Assembly: GCF_030684315.1 (NCBI RefSeq)
Contig: NC_081366.1
Span: forward strand, 76,973,723 to 77,037,722
Reading direction: 5' to 3'
DNA length: 64,000 nt
DNA from: Stegostoma tigrinum
Lineage: Eukaryota
The translations under genes were made by a program, and so were the position numbers. The notes under the pieces were generated by a model that saw only the letters and a list, made by a program, of their open reading frames with translations, had not been told where the DNA came from and did not search any database. Shown one piece after another: positions 24,126-39,100 of the stretch (the stretch's first letter is position 1; the number at the start of each line of letters is the position of its first letter).

Positions 24126-24191
24126 TCACTCCAGAACGAATTGCTGCTGTTTTTCTCTCCAGTACTCCATAGCTTGCTTGGCCAGTGTTTT
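24126..24191 (-). CDS. MATR3: MATR3 last coding exon ([21 protein letters not shown])
   Basis: Phase-0 acceptor; resembles MATR3 KFLNKLAEERRQ; followed by a long repeat-free AT-rich 3' region. Confidence 0.7.
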   Translation of the reverse strand, partial: KTLAKQAMEYWREKQQQFVLE

Positions 24192-27100
24192 CTTTGAAAA
24201 TATAGCAGAAAGATTGAGTTGACTAACACTGTCAAAGATACAGAAGACCCTCACCTTACCTTACTCACCTAAAAGTAGGGTGAGTGATTAACAGCGAATG
24301 AAGAAGTCAAATCCTGTTTTTATTACAAGTACTCATGCTAGATTTCATAGTAAAAATAACTATGCAATTTATTCAGCCATACATGAATCCTGGTCTACAG
24401 TACAATAAATTGAGGGTGGCATCATATCTGCCAACACAAAATCACTGTAGTCATAATGTGATTGAATGGACTAGGTTTCGATGAAAGAGGTTTATAAATA
24501 AGTATTCCCACATTAATGCATAAATTTGCCAGGAAGTGGGATTGAGGATGAGATATTCATAAAGTGTGACCTGCCATAGGTTTATAGCCACCTAGCATTC
24601 CCCTGCTTTAAGCTTCACAAAAACAGCATCATGTTTTTCGAGTTTTGCATTTTTATGTTCATTGTACAGTAAACTTGCCACAGAAATACAAGTCTAGTAG
24701 TTAATGGCACAAAAACCCTTTTAAGGATGGGATAATTATGTATTGTTGCTAATGAAACTCATTTCCACAAAAAAAAATTTACAAATTGTTTTAGGAGAGT
24801 TAAAGTGTCTAGTTCTCAAAATTTTTAGAAAAGTTTTTCATTTTTTTTATACGTCTCTCTTGCATCAGTGCTTCCCTCACTTGATGCACCTACGTTGACA
24901 GTGAATTTACCAGCTCTAACTCACTTTGCCAATCCTCCTTCTGTATTTCTTCAATGCCTTCTTAGTCACAAAGATTAAAGAAAATACGTATATTTGGCCT
25001 GTTTTGCTCATCAAGCCTCCACACAGCCTGTTGCCCTTACTGAACAGTTAACAGTTTGCACTTCAAACAAATTTTCAGGAAACATTTTCAAAACTAAGCA
25101 TGGAATTTCAAGTATAAACAATGGCCCATGCCCTATTGCAGCAAGATCAGACATACTGTATACAGAATTTGGCATAATTTAATTGCTTGATAAGAATATG
25201 ATAAAAGATAACACATTCTTCCACATTCATACAGAATATAAACCAGCTCAATTAAGTTTGGATTAACTGTTGTTGGGTGTAATTTTAACAATCCCCAACT
25301 AGAAAATAAAAATTGCTTCTAAAACCCCCATCTCAACAAAACTGCGAAAAGCAACAAATCAGGAAAGTAATGGTTTTTCATTCTTTAAACTAATCCTTCA
25401 ACTAGGTGGACCACAGAGATGGTCTGAGATACTTTAATTGTAACACGAATTAAATGCAATGAATTTCCTCCTCTGTGCACCTTGTGCTACCTCACAGATC
25501 ATACTTTGGTTATATTATACAACTTACAAACTTCTTCAAAAAATGGACATGTATAGGGAAAGGATGAAAAACCTGCTTCCCTGAACAATCAGGCTTACCT
25601 TAAGTCTCTCATAATGCTCAACGGTGCCACAGTGAGTCTGCTTTGCTGTCTCCTCACTTGTGTAGAAGAGACGGCAAAGTTTGCAGTAGTAGCCAGCTTT
25701 TGGAACCACATAATCTAAACCTGAAAGAACGCAGAGAGTATTATAGTCTAAATGATCCTTCTGGTGCAAGTACAGCAGAACCAAAATAAACGCAACAGAC
25801 ACTAACCATACTAGTACATAATATACACTTGAAGGCAGTGTTTAAGGATAATGCAGTTTGAACATTATTTACTATGTACACCACCTTTCAGAAGTCTCCA
25901 TACTATAAATATGTAGCGTCATTGGGACCAATGTACCTCAACTTACAAGAAATACGGATATTCTTATAAAGGTGATGAGGTGTTTCAATTTTAAAAATTA
26001 ATAATAGTACCCGCTTTGATACCTGACGATAAAATGCATTACCATTAACACAGGGCTTTTATCAAGCTCTTTGTTGGTTATTCAATGGTTGGTAGCAATT
26101 TAACAATGAAGAAATTGCTTAAAAGACTGGAATGCCCATACAAGTCCTGCTTCAGTTCTTAGATGAGACAAGTCGACCCTTTTGAATAAACTGCAGAACA
26201 ACTTAAACATTAGGGTAGATTTCTTAATATCAGTTACTTAATCTGTTCGATTAAGAATCTATTGCAAATAAACTGCACTGAGTCCCAGATACATTGGTCT
26301 GCAACTTAAGTACAGAAATCAACCACAACAATGGAGCAAAATGCTTTTTTCTCTTAAATCTAGAATTTCTAATCAGTAGCACTACCCTCAAGGAGTCTGG
26401 GTTCTCATGAGCGCTGGTACCATTCAAGACACAGGCATTTGGGTCTACTGGTACAGAATCTTGAACAATTAATTTAAAGGCAAATATTATTATCTAGACA
26501 GTATTTTGTCAATAACATTTCTATGAACTCATTTTCACTCTAGAGGAAAGGACTTTACCCGAATGTTCCTTTCTAAAGTTACCACGAAACTATCTAGCCA
26601 ACATCTCTGTGCGTAAACCCGGGTTTTCCATTTAAAACTTGCCAAGTTACAATTTTCTACGCTATCACTTTTATTGCCACAGAATCTTAAGACTGTCAAA
26701 CATAATATTGTATTTTGGCAGCCACGATCTCTACTATTTTTCTAAGAACCCCCACTATGGATGCAATCAAAGGAAAGATCAGATACTTTGCAAAATGATT
26801 CAATGGTCATCAACATTCCTCCAATCACAGATCATATCACTGGAGGAGCTAGAGCAACTGCGCAAGAAAGAAAATTTAGATTGAAGGAGCAGCTACTCTG
26901 AGATTTTCACATGCTCAACTCCCATTGCTCCAATTACAGTTCTGCAGTCAGTTCCTGCTCTCTCAGACTATAAATAGTTACTATTATTTTAGGAACCCCA
27001 TATCTTGGACTAGCTCACAGGAATGGATCACATATTTAAAATGAGAGCTTTCCAAATCACCAGGTCAGTAATCTGAAGAAATTTCTCAACGATGATGTAC

Positions 27101-30100
27101 TATCTCTGCATCTACTTCTTTTAGAATGTTAAAATGTAAGATATCAGTTTGGGGATCTGTCAAATGTCAGTTTCCTCTAGATACTCTTATTGGTGTCTTG
27201 TTACTCTCAATTTGTGATATGCATGTACAACCTGTGTACTGTGAAGACAAGCATAAAGGACTACAATTTTACAGGAAAGCTTCTTGGTTGTGTGTAAAAT
27301 GGTTAAGTCTAAAAAATTGTAAGTCCCACCCTCAAACATAGCGCTTGCCATTTTCACATGAGTGGAATGGGATCAAGACGAGATTCATGCATGCAAAGTT
27401 CACAATATCAGCTAGTTATGGAAACAGCTAACAATTTAAATAATGTGATTTTGATCACTCAGGAGTGAGAAGTTCAAGTATGCACAGCAGACCATCTAAG
27501 AGCTGGTCTACACTTTGTATAATTATTTAGATAACCAGGGTATCTTTTTGGAGAGATAAGATCCCCCTTTGGGGGAGGTCAGACGCCTTTTGGAATGGTC
27601 AAAGTCGGCATGAAATGTTTTAAATTGCACAAACACATTGGCCGTCAATGCAAATGTACAGAAGTGAAAGTCATGAAAATTAAATATCAAGGGGACCTGT
27701 CAGAAGGGACTGTCAAGACCTTTTAAAATCCTGCCAATCTGAAGTATTAAATCAGAATATTGCTTATTATTTCCCACTGTCTGTTGACATAACTTGAGGG
27801 ACCCTATCACAGGAATTCTGATACATGACTTATCTCACAACCATCCTTTATCACAGTACTATTCCTGCCATTTCAGTCTGATTGACAGCTCCAAGTGGTT
27901 ACAGACTCTTTAAAGTTAAATTATAAATTCATTTCGATCCTTGTTCTTTTGAGGATTGTGTACTTCAATTGAATGTTTATTTCTATAAAGTTAGGCAGGT
28001 GAAGAATTGTATTGTACTAATTCCTTTTTATAAACAAATGATAATCCAGCCATCCCAGGTTTTCAGTCAAACTGCTTTTACCACAGTTACATTATTTCTT
28101 AAATAAGGAGGTGAAAACTGTACGCAGTACTTCAGATGTATGGCCTTACAGACATCCTATAGAACTGCAGCAAAACTTTTTACTTTTATATTCCATTCTC
28201 CTTGCAATAAAAACTGCCTCATCTCTGCAAAGGCACTGAAGTTTGAACACAGTAGATATGGGGGAGTTAGTTTAAAGACAGAGTCAATAGTACTAGTTGG
28301 GACGAGATTGGCCGAGGTTAGTATGAAGTGACGCGTTTGGGACATGGTGTGTGGCGAGGAAGGAAGGGCTATTGGGCAGGATGATTGAGGGGTGAGATCT
28401 ACAACTATTTTAAAATGAAATTAACTTTAACACAGTGGCAATGCACAAGGCAGACTTCAGCTCAGCTTGCCTCTGCACTTATTCCAGATCATTTCCAAGG
28501 GAAACCCATCACACTGAAAAGAAAGTCTGATCCTGTGAGTCACCTTTTCCGAGTTCTGGTCTGTGATGCTCAGAAATAGCCCAACACTATACTCTTATGC
28601 AAAACTTCTTTCCTATTTCCTCATCCCCCATGAAAACTTTTCCTGTTTCTGACCAACTTTATCTTTAGTAACATTTGTTTTTATATACATACATAAGTTC
28701 TTGCATTGTTTACTTTCTCCCTTGTGTATCAATTCTTCAACTGCCTTTTGATAGTTTCTAAATCACCTGCCAATGCTCAGGAATACCGTCATTCTTGGCA
28801 CCATTATAAGTTTCCTTCTTTCACCTGATTCTATCCTTAGCTTGCCTAATAAGGCAATATGGATTGTCCTCAGAATTTTCATTAATGTAAAATACTAAGG
28901 CTTCCGAATTGTCAAGACATCAGCTGGCACAAAGGCAAAGAAAATTTATCCAAAACAATTCTAAAGGAATCAAGATCACACAACAGCTTTTCCCTTTTAA
29001 ACTGCCTGAAACAATCTGTGGATATATTTGGGATGCAGACTAATTAATTCTGGTTGTTATAATCTGGGGACTTGAAGTCAATTGTAACCCAGGTGTAATA
29101 AAATGTATTTGGAGAGTAGCATTTTGCTTGGCTTCATGTTGCCAACATTTGAAGCTGCTGCAGTTCTCCACCATAGAAAACAGGCTCCAGGTTTGATATC
29201 AGTCAGTGCTGAATTAGCTAATCTCTGCCAGGGAGAGGAGCTGTTGCAACTAGCCCTTAAGGGGAGTGGGGCTAGGAAAGGGATATCATTCAGGGATTAT
29301 TAGTTATTACTGATCCTACTTGCAAGTGAGACCACAGAGTACTGAACAATTTCTCCACGAAAAGTTAGATCTTAGGGATGGTTCTAGCTCCTAGACTCCT
29401 CGGTTTTCTGCTGAAAGGCAACTAACGAATCTAGCTGCCTGGAGAGAAAGAAAATATTAGGGGATTATTTAACGCTAAGGTTGTTGGACTAGTGATTCAA
29501 AAAGAGCCCAAATCTCAATACAGAATATTTAAAGTCAGTTAATTCAATTTAAAAATTGGGAATAAACAGCTAGTTATCAGTAATGACCACCATACATGAC
29601 TATCAGATTGCCTTGCAAAAAAAACCTAGTACAATAATCAAATTAACTTCATTTAGGGAAGGAAGTCTGCTAACCCTAAATGGTATGGACAATAGATAAC
29701 TTCACGACACTCAACAATGTTCTTAAACTGCCTTCTGAAATAGCCTAGCTAACCAATTAACTGCATTCAATAAGGCGGCTCACCGCATTTAAGGATTTTA
29801 AGGTTGACCAATAAATTCTGGTCTTAACAGTAACAGCCCATGAACTATTTTAAAAAACAAAACTAACCTTACCTACAGGATTGTTGGGTTTATATGGCCC
29901 AAGTTTGTATTCATCTGGAAGAGGAGAGAGAGCTTGGATTTGCTCACTTGATGGTTCTCCGCATAACGTGGAAATGTTTCCCTTCACTTCTTCACCAGTT
30001 TTTACATCCATGTCAGTGTTTTCATTCATATTACTTCTTAGATAACTTTCATTTTCAGCATCTTGTTCATCTTTGATGTCATCAGTAAGCAGTTTGTCTG

Positions 30101-33100
30101 TTTGAGCAGATTTGATTTTCTGACCATTCGGATCATCAATCTCATCAAGGGCAAAAAACTCATCCATGTACTCTGGACATCGAATGCCTTCTGAGCGCTA
30201 AACAGAAAAAAACAAAAAAATGCCATTGATTCAGAAAAGGGCTGAACAGCTTCACTACATATACAATATCCATTGTAAGATCTCTAGGCTGATCCAATGT
30301 TGTTTTTGGCTAAGGTAACAAAAGAATAGGGCACTAGCCTTTTTGAGTTTGATGATCTGAACGGGCCCTGTGTAAATACAAAAGTCTGCAAACTCTTATT
30401 GCATATCATTTTATTTTGGATATAAATTTCAGCCACCCTGAAAGGGAGCAAATTAGTAAAAATCAATTTGATAAAGTGAGGCAAGAATTTAAAAAACGAG
30501 GGAGGCAAACAGGGATGTTTTTGCAAAGGGTGAAGACCATATAAAAGGTCATTCAAACATGGCAGTGACATACATCTGGGTCAAAACTGGGGCTTCTTCT
30601 AAACAATGCCAAAGTAAACATCAAGAATCAATGGAAGGGTCCAAGGACAAGTCAGCAACTTATGGTCACAACTCAAACTACAAAGCCCAATCAGCACTAA
30701 ATTAATGGCCAAAAGAAAGACTTTTACATCAACTCTCAAGTAGATCACAGAAACATGGAGGCCCGCACATTTTTTGTTTAGTTCTACAAAACATTGTGGC
30801 TCAATTGATCCAGATGTAGAGAAAAGACAGCTTGTCAAAACTTTTTGTCTTGCACTCACCAAGACAGTCTGCAAGAATACCAATTCAAGCAGAAAATCAA
30901 CATACGTACTTATGAGTACAGACTGGTTGGCGAGGGGGCTCTAATTGGTAAAGGCAGTGTCATGAAGAATGCATCCATTTATGCTGAATGACAGAAAAGT
31001 GACAAACTTTGTTTAGTCTTAAGCCAGGAAGGTTGATCCTAATGTGTTGAGAAATGATCAGCAAATGGCTGTCTCCTATTTAGTTGAATTTGCCTGTTTC
31101 AACAAGATGTAGAATCCCTACAGTGGAAACAGACCCTTTGGCCCAAAAAGTACACACCGACCCTCACAGCATCCCACCCAGACCCAGTGCCCTGTAACCC
31201 ACATAATCTGCACATCCCTGAACACTATGGGCAATTAAATATGGCCAATCCACCTAACTTGCACATTTTTGGACTGTGGGGGGAAACCAGAGGACCCAGA
31301 GGACACCCATGCAGACATGGGGAGAACGTGCAAACTCCACACAGACAGTCGCCCAAGGTGGAATCAAACCCGGGTCCCTGGCACTGTGAGGCAGCAGTGC
31401 TAACTATAGAGCCTCCGTGCCGCCCATATAATTGATGTTAAAGAACTACGTTGCAGTGGTCCCACATAAACAGGTGGATAATATATTCTCAGTCCAGTAG
31501 CTCTGGATTTTGTGCTTTTAAACCTGTACACCATATCACATAATACATAGTCAATTCACTGTAAAAATTCATCAGGGCTCCTAAAATACGTGTTGAAAGC
31601 AAGGAACTCTCAGAAGGCTGGCAATGCATAGTTTTTCAGCATTGACAGAAAAAAAAATCTTGCAAGCAGGCAGGAAATGAAACCTGCCCCATCTAGAGAT
31701 GTTACATTTCAGGAAAGAGAATGATAGCCTCTTGGAGATGGAAAATGCCCCATATTGAAGAATTGAACCACAATAGTATGGAAGTTACAGAGTAACTAAC
31801 CACTGTCTCATCAACAGCAACATCCAAGAGAAAAAGGTGAAAGAAATCTATTGGGTAGATAAGTTTTCCAATAATGACTGCACTTACATCGAGTATCAGT
31901 TTTTTACAAGTAACACTCGGGTCATATTTATGCCAGGTAACGACTATCTCAAATCAGAGACATTATAACCACTGCTACTTGACATTCAATTTCCTACAAT
32001 CAAAATCCTGGGGGTTACCAGGATGAACTGGTCTCACCGTATAAACAGAGTGGCCACACAGCAGGTCAAAAACTGGGAATACCACAGTGAGTAACTCACC
32101 TTATTCCTCCCTAAAGCCTGGCCATGATCCACAAGGCATATTTCAGGACTGCCTGGATGAATGCAGCTCCAAAAACACAAGAAGCTTGACAACATCCAGG
32201 ACAAAGCAGCCCACTTGATTGGCAACACATCTAAAAACATTCAGTCACTCCACCATCAGCTCTCAGTAGCAGCAGTACATACAATCTACAAAATTCAGTG
32301 GAGGCATTTGGCAAAGATCCACAGACAGCATATCTAAGGCACAAATGCTTCCATCTTGAAGGACAAGGGCAGCAGAAATGTGAGAACACCACGACATGCA
32401 AGTTCCCCTCTAAGCCACTCGCCATCCAACATGGAAATATATCACTGTGTCAAAATCCTGCAATTCCCTCCCTAAACACATTGTGGATAAACCTACAACA
32501 CATGGATGCAGTAGTTCAAGGCAGCAGCTCACCATCACCTTCTCATGGTCAACTAGAGATGGGCAACAAATGCTGGCCTAGCCAGCAACACCCATGTCTC
32601 ATGAGTGAATAAAAGAAAACAATTACTTTATGTTCCACTCCCCATAGGAGAGGATAGTGATACTCAATATGTATGTGAAGGCTGCATGGAAAACACTGGG
32701 TGTGCTTCCAAGCATAATTTAGTGCTGCCATGCTGGAGCTTAGGAGCAGTAAATTATCCCAGGCTCTCTTGCTGCTAATCTCAAGACTTTCCAGCTGCAA
32801 AGGATAAAGTTGGGCTTCTTAAAAAAGACAGATACTCCTGTACTTAAAAGCACCTACTTCATGCTGTGTACTATAATGACAGTTGCATAGCATTCATTAC
32901 TACCCATTACTAACACATTACACTCACAATACTAAAAATACACACTGGCTTGAAACTACAATGAAAAATGATTGAAGCGCAAGAATTCCAAAGCACTGAT
33001 ACCAGCCAAGTAAAAGATTATGAACACTGGTAGGGAGCAACAAAACTACCTAAACTTGTCTTTCTGGAATCCAAATAATGCATTTTAACACATTTTAATT

Positions 33101-36100
33101 GTTAGAATACTTGAACGAAGTTGCAAATTTGGGAACTTTTAATGCCTACCTTCTCTGAGTGTGCTGCATCTCGACAGCCTTGTTCTGCATCAGACTCATC
33201 TCTCATTTCACTTTCAGTGAAATGCCCAACTTCTATATCCGGTTCCAATTCCACTTCCAAAACATCCTCTCTGTCACCTGTTGCAGATTTGTCCTTCACT
33301 AATTCATCGTATGTCAACAGTAATTCTTCTGGGCCACCTTCTTCGTAGGTCTTGGTGTCTGGAGAAGGGCCACCCTGTGACTTAATTTTTGCAACATTCT
33401 CTCCTTCTAACTGTTTGGGACTTGCGTTCTCCAGTGAAGGAGAGCCCACTTGTGCATTTTCATTGTCTGTTTCCTTAGAATTCTTGGATTTATCTTGAGC
33501 CTTTCTCTTGTTGCTGGGTGATCGTGGTCTTTTAGAAGTAGGGCTATGAGAACGACCCCTTTTTCTGTAATAAAAATTGGTATTTTTAATGTGGTATTTC
33601 AAAAGGTACCACAAGTAGTATTTCTTTGAAAAGGAAAATGTCTGGGTTTCAATACTGGTTTATATCAGTGATTATGTGGATTATGAGCTTGTGATTTTAG
33701 CTGGCATTGAAAGACCAGATGTAAAGTAATTTGTCAACAGGGATGAGCTAATGAAATCTGACAGAGAAATGCTGTTTATGCTTTTCCTACAGGTCTGCAA
33801 TAATGGCAGAGATCAAGAAGGTCACTGATCTATGTTTTCAGTTAATGACCATGTAAAGATAAAGTTGCCACAGTCCCAGGAGACCATAGGGCTACTCTCT
33901 CATTACAGAAAGCCAACTGGTGGTTTTAACCTGAGGGTCACCAGCCTAGTGTAGAGATTGAACCTACAATGTTGGTGTTACCCTGCATTGCAAACCAGCT
34001 CACCGAGCTAACAAACTCCCCACAAAACAAAAATATGGTAGAGGCAAAATAGCTACATATGAAATTAAACTCATTGGTCCACAAGATCTATGTTTCCTGT
34101 TGTCAAAAAGCTGCCGCAAAAAAAAATAAAACCAGAAGGCTGAAAATACCCTGAATTCAAAATCACTGCTTAATCCATTATTATGGAAGTTTTGGAATTA
34201 TGAAACTTAAAATCACATGACATGCAAACTTCTGTCCTATAATTCCAGCAGGCAGTCATGTTTCACCTTTAGAAGGAAATCTACTAACTTAGCCTCAGAA
34301 ATACAGACGTGTGGGTGAGCGAGTAGAAACATTAATTTACGATCTTCATTGTTTTCTTTCATTTCCACATACATAATCCATCTATGATGTCACCAATCCC
34401 AAAAGCCTCTACTAAAAATGCTCGGTAATTAGAAGCAGAGGCGTAGACAGCAATGCTGTCAAATGTTACATTTTTTACGAACACATTTTTTGAAACGGTA
34501 AATGTTTATGTTACTGAACAAGTCATACTCAAATGATCAGGCGTTTATCAACTGCAGATTAGTCACTTACAGATCAGTCACCCTTCAAACAAGTTTAACT
34601 AATTCTGAATATGTTACAGTTGAAATTTGGAGATACAGATTAATAAAACAGGCTGAAGTGACAGAATAGATAGCATACCGATTTTCCCGTTCTCTGTTCC
34701 TTAAGAGTTCATCAACTCCTTTGCCTGGTTTCTGAAAATGACACAAAAATATCAATCCCTTATTGCAACCTGAATTAATACCTCAATTATTTGGAGAATT
34801 CTTAAATTACAACTAGTAGTATTAACTCATTATTTGGGTAAAGAGGTTGTCTTGTTAGATAGTTTAAATAACTTGCTTGTTAAGAGTGTAACAAAACATG
34901 CCATCATTATTCTGCAATTACACATTAATCGAAATGAAAATTCTGTGTTTAAACAGAAGATTACTAGAAGGCAAGATAACAAAGTGTGGGGCTGGATTTT
35001 TCTGATGAAGGGTCTAGGCCCAAAATGTCAGCTTTTGTGCTCCTGAGACGCTGCTTGGCCTGCTGTGTTCATCCAGCCCCACACTTTGTTATCTTGGATT
35101 CTCCAGCATCTGCATTTCCCATTATCTCTGGTTACTAGAAGGCAAATGTGCATCTACAGTACATGCTCTGAATATGCACCTACCATCACACAGCCACTTA
35201 AATTACCTGGCAGCATGGCCTACTGCAGCAATGCTTGTTCTATTCAGGCACAGGAACACTATATTTTGGTCGAAGCAAATGATACCACTAGTTGACAACA
35301 CAAACCAAATCAGCATTAGGTCATCCAGTCCATTCAGTCTACTCTGCCATTCAGCCATGGCTGATATTTCTCAACCCCATTCTCCTGCTTTCTCCCCGTA
35401 CCCGATTCCCTTACTAATCAAGAACTTATCACTGTCTTGAATACATTCAATGACTTGGCCCCCACTGCTTTAAATGGCAATGAGTTCCACAGATTAACCT
35501 CCGTGCAGCTGAGCTCTGAAGGGTCATCCCTTCATTGAGACTGTGCCCTTGAATCTCTTACCAGTGGAAACATCATCCCCACATCCACTCTATCAAACTT
35601 TCTCAGTATTCCATAAGTTTCAACGAGATCCGCTCTCATCATTCTAATTTCCAACGAGTACAGACCCAGACTCCGCAATCATTCCTCAGTGGACAAGCTC
35701 TTCTTCCCTGTGATTCTTGTTATAAACTTCCTCTGGGTCCCTTCCAATGCCAGCACATCCTTCCTTAGATACAGGACCCAAAACTGCTCACACTATTCCA
35801 AATGTGATGTAGAGGTGCCGGTGTTGGGCTGGGATGGACAAGATCAGAAATCACATGACACCAGATTACAGTTCAACATGTTTATTTGAAAACACAAGAT
35901 TTCAGAGAACAGCGCCTTGGTAGGGTGATGTGAGAAGAAAGCACACTGAACACAGAATAAATAAGTAAAAGATCAAAGGGTCACACAACTGATGAGGATG
36001 TATTAAACAAACCTAAGATGCTGTTAAGTCTTTAGGCAGCCAGAAGTTTTAATTGATTAATATGTATATGCAAATCCCTGAATTTCTTTCAAGACACAGT

Positions 36101-39100
36101 CCTGAGAGAAGTACAGGTTTTATCAGTGTAAAGGGGTGACATTTTAGGTCAGACAATACATATTAGGTGTGAGGCCTTGTTTAGAATCTGTGTTTTAGTT
36201 TGGAGTCAGGCTGGTTTTATTTCTAAAGTAGGAATTTATAAAAGGCCACATAAACTGACTGTCTATAAGTTTGGTGCTTTTTGAACAAAACAGAATATCC
36301 CATAAATTTATGTTGCGCACGTGCATGGTGGGGGTAAAGAGACAGACAGAGAAACAGAAAAAAGTGAAAGAGAAAGGGAAGGGGGGGTAGAGAAGGGAGA
36401 GGGGGAGGGGGTCTACGTGTGGGTGTGAGTGTGTGTGTTTGAAATGTGTGCGAGAGAGGGAGAGAGAGGAAGAGAGAGAGGGATTAAAGATTTAACAGCA
36501 TCTTAGATTTGTTTATATTTCCTCAAGAGTTTTGCGACCCTCTGATCTTATAAATTCTGTGTTCTGTGCGCTCCTTTCTCACTTCACCTGATGAAGGGGC
36601 TACGGTCCGTAAATTTGTGTTTTCAAATAAACCTACTGGATTATAATATAGTTTTGCGTGATTAATTATCTATTCTAAATGCGGTCTGACCAGAGCCTTA
36701 TGCAGCCTCAGTAGTGCGTCCCTGCTCTTGTATTCTAGCCCACTTGAAATGAATGCAAACATTGCAGTTGCCTTCAAGTTACCAATTGAACGTGCAAGTT
36801 AAGGTTAATAGAATCCTGAACCAGGACTCCCAAGTCACTTTGAACTTCACATTTTCAAAGCCTTTCCCCATTTAGAAAAGTCAAAGGCTCTAATTTTCCT
36901 AAAATGTATCACCTCACACTTTCCCACAATGTATTCCATTTGCCACATCTCTGTCCACTCTCCTCACTTCTGCAGCCTCCCCACCTCCTCAACAATACCT
37001 GACCCTCCACCCACCTTTGTGTCATCGTACTTAGCAATAATGCCCTCAGTTCACTTGTTCAGATCATTAATGTATAACATGAATAGCTGTGCCCCAACAC
37101 TGAACCCTGTGGAATTCCACCAGTCACTGGCTGTCAGTTTGAAAAATACTCCTTTATCCCCAGAGATAGTAGGAACTGCAGATGCTGGAGAATCTGAGAT
37201 AACAAGGTGTAGAGCTGGATGAACACTGCTGACCAAGCAGCATGACAGGAGCAGGAAAGCTGACGTTTCAGGCCTAGGCTCTTCCTTTCTCCCCACTTTC
37301 TGCCTCTACCAGTCAGCCAATCCTCTCTCTATGCGACTACCTTGCTCTTATCTTATTTCACAGCCTCCTTTGTCAAAGGCCTTCTGGAAATCTAAACAGA
37401 TCGTGTCCACTGTCTCTACTTTGTCTACCTCACTCATTAAGGCATTGTAACAGATTTATTAAACATTAATTCCTCTTGACGAAGCCGTTCTGACTCAGCC
37501 CCATTTCACCATGCAATTCCAAGTACTCCACAATCTCATCCTTTAACCACTCAGTGGCCTCAATCCTTATGATTAGCCATACTACTTACCCTTAACACTA
37601 AGCTCCTATACTTTTCAGACAAATATACTTTCAGTTCTCTGCCATGGAACATCAGAGGGATTTTCTTGAACTTTTCTATCATGGCCATTGCCATTTGGTG
37701 TGTTTCCATTTCCAGGAAAACCTGTGATCGAAACAAGTGTCATCATGAATTATAACTGTAACTAGGTGTTGAAGTAATGGGTTTAGCACCACAGTCAAAA
37801 TACAAAAGGCAGACCTTTGATTAATCTTTCAAAGAATGCACTTTTAATTAAGAATTATCATCAATCTTAGCAGGGATGTGTAATTAACACAATCTTTCAG
37901 AGAAAATTTATCTCTGGGCTCCAGATAGTCTCTCACTGCTAGTTGATAATTTTCATGTTAAACAGGCCTTCATTTGAATCCTGCAATCAATTTTACTTAT
38001 AATATTACTGCTATGTGTCTAATGATACTTGAAGTTAACAAAGTCACTATATTTAATAACATCAATTGCATTGGAAGTGCTGTAAATCTAACAAAGCATC
38101 AACATTAATATTTCTTCATAACGTGCATCGAGAGAGAATAATTCCCACCTCACTTAAAAATGTTTAGACTTGTCCATCATTTTAGTTTGCACTGTTCAGT
38201 TAAAAGTTTAAAGAATTTGCTTTCAGTTATTCTGCCTACTCGGTTTCAACTTCTTCCAACTCCTGCAACAGCAATGCTGTCATACCACACTAATATAGGC
38301 ACTCTTTCACTGAATCTATTTCTGTTAAATGATTCATACATACTTTTATGCCTCCAACCCCCATGCTAGTTTTCTGTTTATGCCTGTGATGTCAATGTTT
38401 TGACTTGATATTTTCATATACATCTATTACTAAGGACTCATTATGAATTCAGCACTGGGAGCAGTAAAGTTGCTTCTGTGTTGTTGCAACTGTTAGGACA
38501 GATGAGTTCATCTTTGTCTAAGGCTGAAAAGTTACAGCTTTAAAAAAAGGAAGTAGCATGGATGGATGAACAAATTAAAACCCTTACACAACAAACCAAA
38601 CATACTATGTTAGAGAGAAGCTGCATCAAAACAAATCCACCTAAAACAAACTTTAACACGTATAATAGGATAGGCCATGTACCACTTATTCCATTATTTT
38701 CAAACATTTGATGTAACTCAATAAGGTTTCTTCAGCTACCATTTATGATGCTGGTGGACAGCAGCACCGCACCAGCACCATCATTTACAAGAAGCAGCTA
38801 TTCTAAATTGGATAACTGCTACTACTTCTTCATTACTGAATCATAATTCCTTCCTAACTAAATTGTGGAAGCATTTGCATGGCAAGGATAGTAGACCACT
38901 ACAGCTTTAATTAAACAATGAACAGGCAGTTAAAAAAAATCTATCTTGCCAGCATTGTTTGTATATCAAAACTTAAAACTAAATTCTGCCTGTGGCTTAG
39001 ATGGCAGAAAATTGCATTCAAAACCAAATATGAAGTATTAAAATCCAACCATACGAGGATAAGTGGGTGAAGATTAAAACGGTCTGAAAATGTGTGTTAG

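Larger units (their letters stand above)
35310..37545 (-). mobile_element. CR1 LINE fragment hosting two nested Penelope-derived insertions
   Basis: Remnant [18 protein letters not shown] (PQGSVLGP.LF..YINDL). Confidence 0.75.

Noticed and set aside
31108-31425. tRNA gene
   Set aside because: The tRNA-like head continues into the SINE V-domain and LINE tail, so it is a SINE.
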